A stretch of 64,000 bases of DNA from Zancudomyces culisetae HAW-14-8. Lineage: Eukaryota; Fungi; Kickxellomycota. Position numbers and translations under genes: made by a program. Positions 59,618 to 64,000 of this stretch are shown here, piece by piece; position 1 is the first letter of the stretch, and each line of letters begins with the position of its first letter. Below the pieces are notes generated by a model. The model was not told the origin of the DNA. It searched no databases and saw only the letters and a list, made by a program, of their open reading frames with translations. The stretch spans positions 1,364,001 to 1,428,000 of the forward strand of contig JBNJNM010000012.1 in NCBI GenBank assembly GCA_052426225.1, given 5' to 3'.

Positions 59618-60929
59618 GTATTGATCAACACAGGTAAATGTTGTATCAATTGTAGAGTGTGTCTATGGTAGGTATGTATATTGATTGTAGAATACAAGGT
59701 CCCCAAGAGTTATGCTTGAATTTCAACATAAATGTTGCAATACTTTAAGGTAAATAGAAAATAAAAACTGTAATTATTTGAATTAGCTTTAAAGTAGGAG
59801 AATGCGGAAGAGTAACCAATTATTTCCCCAATTTCAAATTATTTAGAGCGGGTTTATTGGAAGTGCAATAAATGAAATGGTTTGCGGGAAAAAACAAGGG
59901 CAAAAATGGCTATTGGTGCTTTGTTAATCAAGAAAAATATTAGTGGCGATTGGTACAAATAAAATGATAGTGGTTTTATGATGGAGAAAAAGGACCAAAA
60001 GAAAAACAAGATAAGATTGATATTAGTGAGAGAGTATGAATATGACATTTGTTAGAAAAACTTGCAGGATATGGGGGGAAGGGCAAGGGAAAGGGGAAGA
60101 TGGAGGAGGGAGGAGGAGAGATAGTAGCTTATAGAGGTAAAGATTTGAAAATTATGGTGTGATTTTTATTTTTATTTTACAAAAAGTGGTATGAAAAATA
60201 GAAATTGAGGGAGAGATGGGATAAAAAATGGGATGAGCAAGGAGAATGGGCTGGTTGTGTGATTAAGAGGGTGTATTCTTTCATCATTTAAGCTATATGA
60301 ACAGGTTTGAGAACACTTGAAATTTAATAAAGAATTTCGACTTTCTTGAAGTATATATATAATTTGATTGTTTTTATTTTTGTCCTTAATTTTTTTTAAT
60401 GCATTTCTGCCAATTTCCAAAATATCTAGGCGAAATATATTTACAAAGTAATAAATTAATGCTTTTGAATTTGTTAGGTAAAGGATTTCAAACAGTTTGA
60501 AAAAGCTGATTTGATTTGGAAATCCAAGTGATTTTATGCAAGGTAGGTATAAAAATAAAAAAAAGTACTTGTACATGAAATTTGGGGCTAAATAAATTGT
60601 TTTTTCTGGAAAAAAAAATTTTTTTTCATTTTACAAGTGAATAAAAAAAGTATAGGAATCTGCTTTGGGCAACTAATTCGTTTATCAAGGACCAAAAATA
60701 TAGGAAAAGAAAAAATAAAAATAAAAAGAAAAGAATAGATATAGAAACAGAAACAGCAACAGAAACAGATATAAAAATAAAGATTATTAAAGAAGGGAAT
60801 AAAAATTCGAGATTTGGATAAAAGGCATTTTCTGGACAAATTGCATAAACATAGAAAAATAATAAAAAAAAGAGATAAAACCAAAGAGACTTGGGAATAG
60901 GAACAACAAAAAGAAAAAGGGAGGAATAA

Positions 60930-61490
60930 ATGGTCAAGTTTTATGGAATAAAATACGCATTACAAATCAATTGGGACACAGTATCCTTTGCATATTTGTC
61001 GCGATATCCGAATCCGTTTGCCACACACGTACTTTCGGTAGACACATTGAAGCACGAGTTTGATGCAGAGACGGGAGATCTGACGGTTGTGCGGCTGTAC
61101 AAAAAGACAAATGCACCACCCAGCTGGGCCAAACGGATTCTGAGTGGGCTGGCGCACACAGCGTATATTATGGAGGAGATGGTGGTGAACGAGGGCAACA
61201 AGACGCTGGTGGCAAAACAACGGAATATTACGCACACAAGGTTTTTGGTGGTGGAGGACAAGATGAAGATAGTTGGCGAAGCGGATGGGAAGGCAACGAT
61301 AGTGAGGTGTGAGGGAGGAATGATGTCGCGGTTTGGATACGGAGTGAGTAGCCGGATCGAAGGGTTTAGTGTGAACCGGATAAAGGATAACCTAAACAAA
61401 AGCAAAGAGGGCTTATTGTATACGATAGAAAAGGTGCTAACCGAGCGCAAACTCAAAAAGAGTGGAGAGAAAGCAGCAGTGTTTATGTAA
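60930..61490 (+). CDS. PRELI/MSF1-domain mitochondrial lipid-transfer protein, Ups1-like
   Basis: WDTVSFAYLSRYPNPFATHVLSVD, RLYKKT..PSW, NITHTRFLVVED, IEGF. Confidence 0.9.
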   Translation: MVKFYGIKYALQINWDTVSFAYLSRYPNPFATHVLSVDTLKHEFDAETGDLTVVRLYKKTNAPPSWAKRILSGLAHTAYIMEEMVVNEGNKTLVAKQRNITHTRFLVVEDKMKIVGEADGKATIVRCEGGMMSRFGYGVSSRIEGFSVNRIKDNLNKSKEGLLYTIEKVLTERKLKKSGEKAAVFM

Positions 61491-61628
61491 TTTATAATAA
61501 AAACTCATACTTGTCATTTAGTTTTAGTTTTAGTTTTTGTCTTTTTTTGTTTTTTGTTTTTTGCATAGCTTAATGTTTATTAATCAATAATAAAAGAAAA
61601 AAAGAAGGAAATAAAAGAATAAAAAGAC

Positions 61629-64000
61629 TTAAAATACAGAGAATCTATAAAGACAAGTATAGTGAGGGTTGCCCCAATTGGATTTGATATGTAACTGGAC
61701 AAGTCCAACAGAATCGCAATCGCCCAGTTTGGCAAGAACATCGTCGCTAATGGAAAAGACCTGGCTGGGAGAAGAGTCGGAGGGGATGTACTCAGCATTG
61801 CCCAACAAAACTAGTCTGATAGGATGTGTGGAATCAAGATTGGATGAATTGGATGAATTGGATGAATTGGACGATTCAGCAGCACAAGTAGCGTTGGTTT
61901 GGATGTATCCATACAGACTCAAAGCACGTGGAGCCGTCGAAACATCGAACACTTGGCTCTCGCGCAGATGGAAAAGCGAAAAATGCGACGGCTTTACGCT
62001 CCGCGCCAAGCGGATAGTCACGTGGCCGTTGCTGCCCTGCATAGCCCAGCACTCGCCCAGGCTGCGCCCGCCGCCCCGCAGCAGAATGTTTGGGTTGGCT
62101 GAAACGTGGCCAGTTGCCAAGCCCAGCCGCCCACGAATCCAGCCGAACAGCGACTTGGGTGTGGGTTGTTTGTACGACGGCGATGTGCGTGACTCGATAA
62201 CACGTGCGCCAGCTGAATACACTGCGCTGTTTGGTTTTTTGATTTTAGGGAATTCAGCCAGTCCTGGATTTGGTTGTGGTGAGTTTGGTTGTGGTCGGTG
62301 CTGAAGGTAATCCTCGACCAGTTTTTCGACATTTCTTTGACTGTTGAGCACGCCAATTCGTTCGATTCGGTCGATTTTCTCGCTGTTTATAGCTGCTTTG
62401 CCTATAGCAACATCTACCTGAGCTTGCAACTGTTCAACACGGCCTTCCACTCGCTGAATTTCTGTATATATCGCTGTAAGTTTGCTGTCATCATTACTAT
62501 TTACATTGTCGATTTTGGTAGGCTTAGTAGTCTCGTCTGCAGTGCTAATTTTAAACCTGTTTACTACAACATGTTTGCATTTCTCAATAATGTCTGGATT
62601 TGTGTGTTGTAAATATGCTCCAATTACACATACCATCATTATTGTTACCACTAAAAACCTATTTACTCCTTTTCCTTCTCCTTTTCCTTCTACTTCTACT
62701 TCTACTTCTCCTCTTCTCTTTTTCTCTTGTTCATCACCCTCTCTTGCCCTTGGGAGAATATATTCTACTATATCTCGAACTACATAATACACCATAAACA
62801 CTACAAACACTATCTTTGATACTATCCATGCTATCCCTGCCACTATTGATTCCTTTAATTTTGTTTTATCTTTTTCTCTCTCTCTTTCTCTTTCTCTTTC
62901 TCTTTCTATTTCTCTACCCCTTTCTTTTCTTTCTACACTCCACTGCTGTGAATAAAGTTGCCGCTGTGTTTGAATGTGCGCTGTTGGACTATACCTACCA
63001 TATCTATCTACAATCGTATCGTGATGCATCTCTTCATCGTCACTTGAAGATATTGTTACTCTTGGGTTTTCTACTTCCCTTGAACCCTCTTTATTCAATC
63101 TTTCATTCTTTTCTTCTATATAACTTTGTACTTTTTTTGATTCTGCAAATAACCGCTTTTTCAGATCCCCGTGCTCCCGCATTCCCCCTGCTCTATTTAT
63201 TTCTATCTCTGTTTCTGATCCTGTCTCCCGACCTCCTCCTCCTCCTCCTCCTCCTCCTCCTCCTCCTCCTCCTCGTTCTCCTTCCTCTACTCCCACTTTA
63301 CTGTTTCCACCACTCGTATAACTATTACTCTTCCTATTACTCGACACATACCCAACCACTCCCTTCGTATACTCTCGGTTCTTGATTCGTTTTCTACTTT
63401 CTGGCTCTCTCCTAACCCTTATTCCGTTCCCTATCACCCCTTGCTGTGGCTGCTCCCCTGATGTCTCTGCCTCCGTTTCTGCCCCCGTTCTAACCTTGAC
63501 TGTCCTACTGTCTCGCAAATCCAGTGCTTGCTCTGTTTGTCGGAACTGTTGCTGTCTCTTGCTTTCATACTCTGCCAACTCATCGTATAGTGTCATAAGC
63601 TCTGAATTAACCACTCGCGGCGTCTCCACTCCTTTATTGCCTCCATTACCATTCGTTAAACTATCTGTTTTCTGCGTTGGATATCTGCCTACTTTAGTTT
63701 CTAAATACCGTTTATATTGTCTTGTTCCTCCTAAATCTTTCTGCAACATCCCATCTAGAGATTCGCTCGATTCTGTGCTACTGAAGCTAAGCCTCCTAAT
63801 CCCATACCCCTTGATTTTCTCTGCTCCCCGTTCACGATCTCTTATTATCCCATTTTGTTCGGCCTCTACCTCGATACTTGCCCTCATTTTACTTTTGTTT
63901 TTTTTGCTCGTTAGTTGTACCAGTTGAGCTGGTTGTATTCGGACACCCCGTTTACCTGGTGTCGCCGCACCTATCCCGCTATGGTTACTCTGCGACTTGA
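61629..64000 (-). CDS. SUN-domain nuclear envelope protein (Sad1/UNC-84 family), probably 5'-truncated by the window
   Basis: TM segments, coiled coil, SAGARVI...GECWAMQGSNG...SNWGNPHYTCLYRFSV; the frame stays open from ATG 63887 to the window end (KSQSNHSGIGAATPGKRG...). Confidence 0.9.
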   Translation of the reverse strand, partial: KSQSNHSGIGAATPGKRGVRIQPAQLVQLTSKKNKSKMRASIEVEAEQNGIIRDRERGAEKIKGYGIRRLSFSSTESSESLDGMLQKDLGGTRQYKRYLETKVGRYPTQKTDSLTNGNGGNKGVETPRVVNSELMTLYDELAEYESKRQQQFRQTEQALDLRDSRTVKVRTGAETEAETSGEQPQQGVIGNGIRVRREPESRKRIKNREYTKGVVGYVSSNRKSNSYTSGGNSKVGVEEGERGGGGGGGGGGGGGGRETGSETEIEINRAGGMREHGDLKKRLFAESKKVQSYIEEKNERLNKEGSREVENPRVTISSSDDEEMHHDTIVDRYGRYSPTAHIQTQRQLYSQQWSVERKERGREIEREREREREREKDKTKLKESIVAGIAWIVSKIVFVVFMVYYVVRDIVEYILPRAREGDEQEKKRRGEVEVEVEGKGEGKGVNRFLVVTIMMVCVIGAYLQHTNPDIIEKCKHVVVNRFKISTADETTKPTKIDNVNSNDDSKLTAIYTEIQRVEGRVEQLQAQVDVAIGKAAINSEKIDRIERIGVLNSQRNVEKLVEDYLQHRPQPNSPQPNPGLAEFPKIKKPNSAVYSAGARVIESRTSPSYKQPTPKSLFGWIRGRLGLATGHVSANPNILLRGGGRSLGECWAMQGSNGHVTIRLARSVKPSHFSLFHLRESQVFDVSTAPRALSLYGYIQTNATCAAESSNSSNSSNSSNLDSTHPIRLVLLGNAEYIPSDSSPSQVFSISDDVLAKLGDCDSVGLVQLHIKSNWGNPHYTCLYRFSVF

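Overview
AT-rich eukaryotic genomic DNA from a fungus. Evidence for a fungus: Chs7, a Fungal_trans domain protein, an Fpk1/Kin82-type kinase and spliceosomal introns. A RalGAP-alpha orthologue, human-type DPM1 and a GPI-type trypsin-family protease suggest an early-diverging lineage, possibly a Harpellales/Kickxellomycotina gut fungus (inference only). About 22 protein genes and one tRNA-Met are supported. Long single-exon genes: AGC kinase, RalGAP-alpha, cullin-4-like, HAD 'Swiss Army knife', CM1 coiled-coil, S1 protease, Pbp1/ataxin-2, SUN. Short spliced genes, reconstructed by hand because the ORF track misses or fragments them: DPM1, a TEA transcription factor, Chs7, cyclin K/T, an 11-exon DCN1-like gene with two GC-AG introns, and TFB5. 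No transposon, CRISPR or rRNA was seen. Most notable observations: (1) two paralogous surface proteins share an apparently unnamed six-Cys domain separated from a GPI-type tail by dibasic sites; (2) multi-kb sawtooth G/C skew domains cut across gene boundaries; (3) Chs7 and cyclin stop codons are 1 nt apart; (4) a UbiC/chorismate-lyase-like gene is present; (5) 3' splice sites are dominated by A-rich ATAG.
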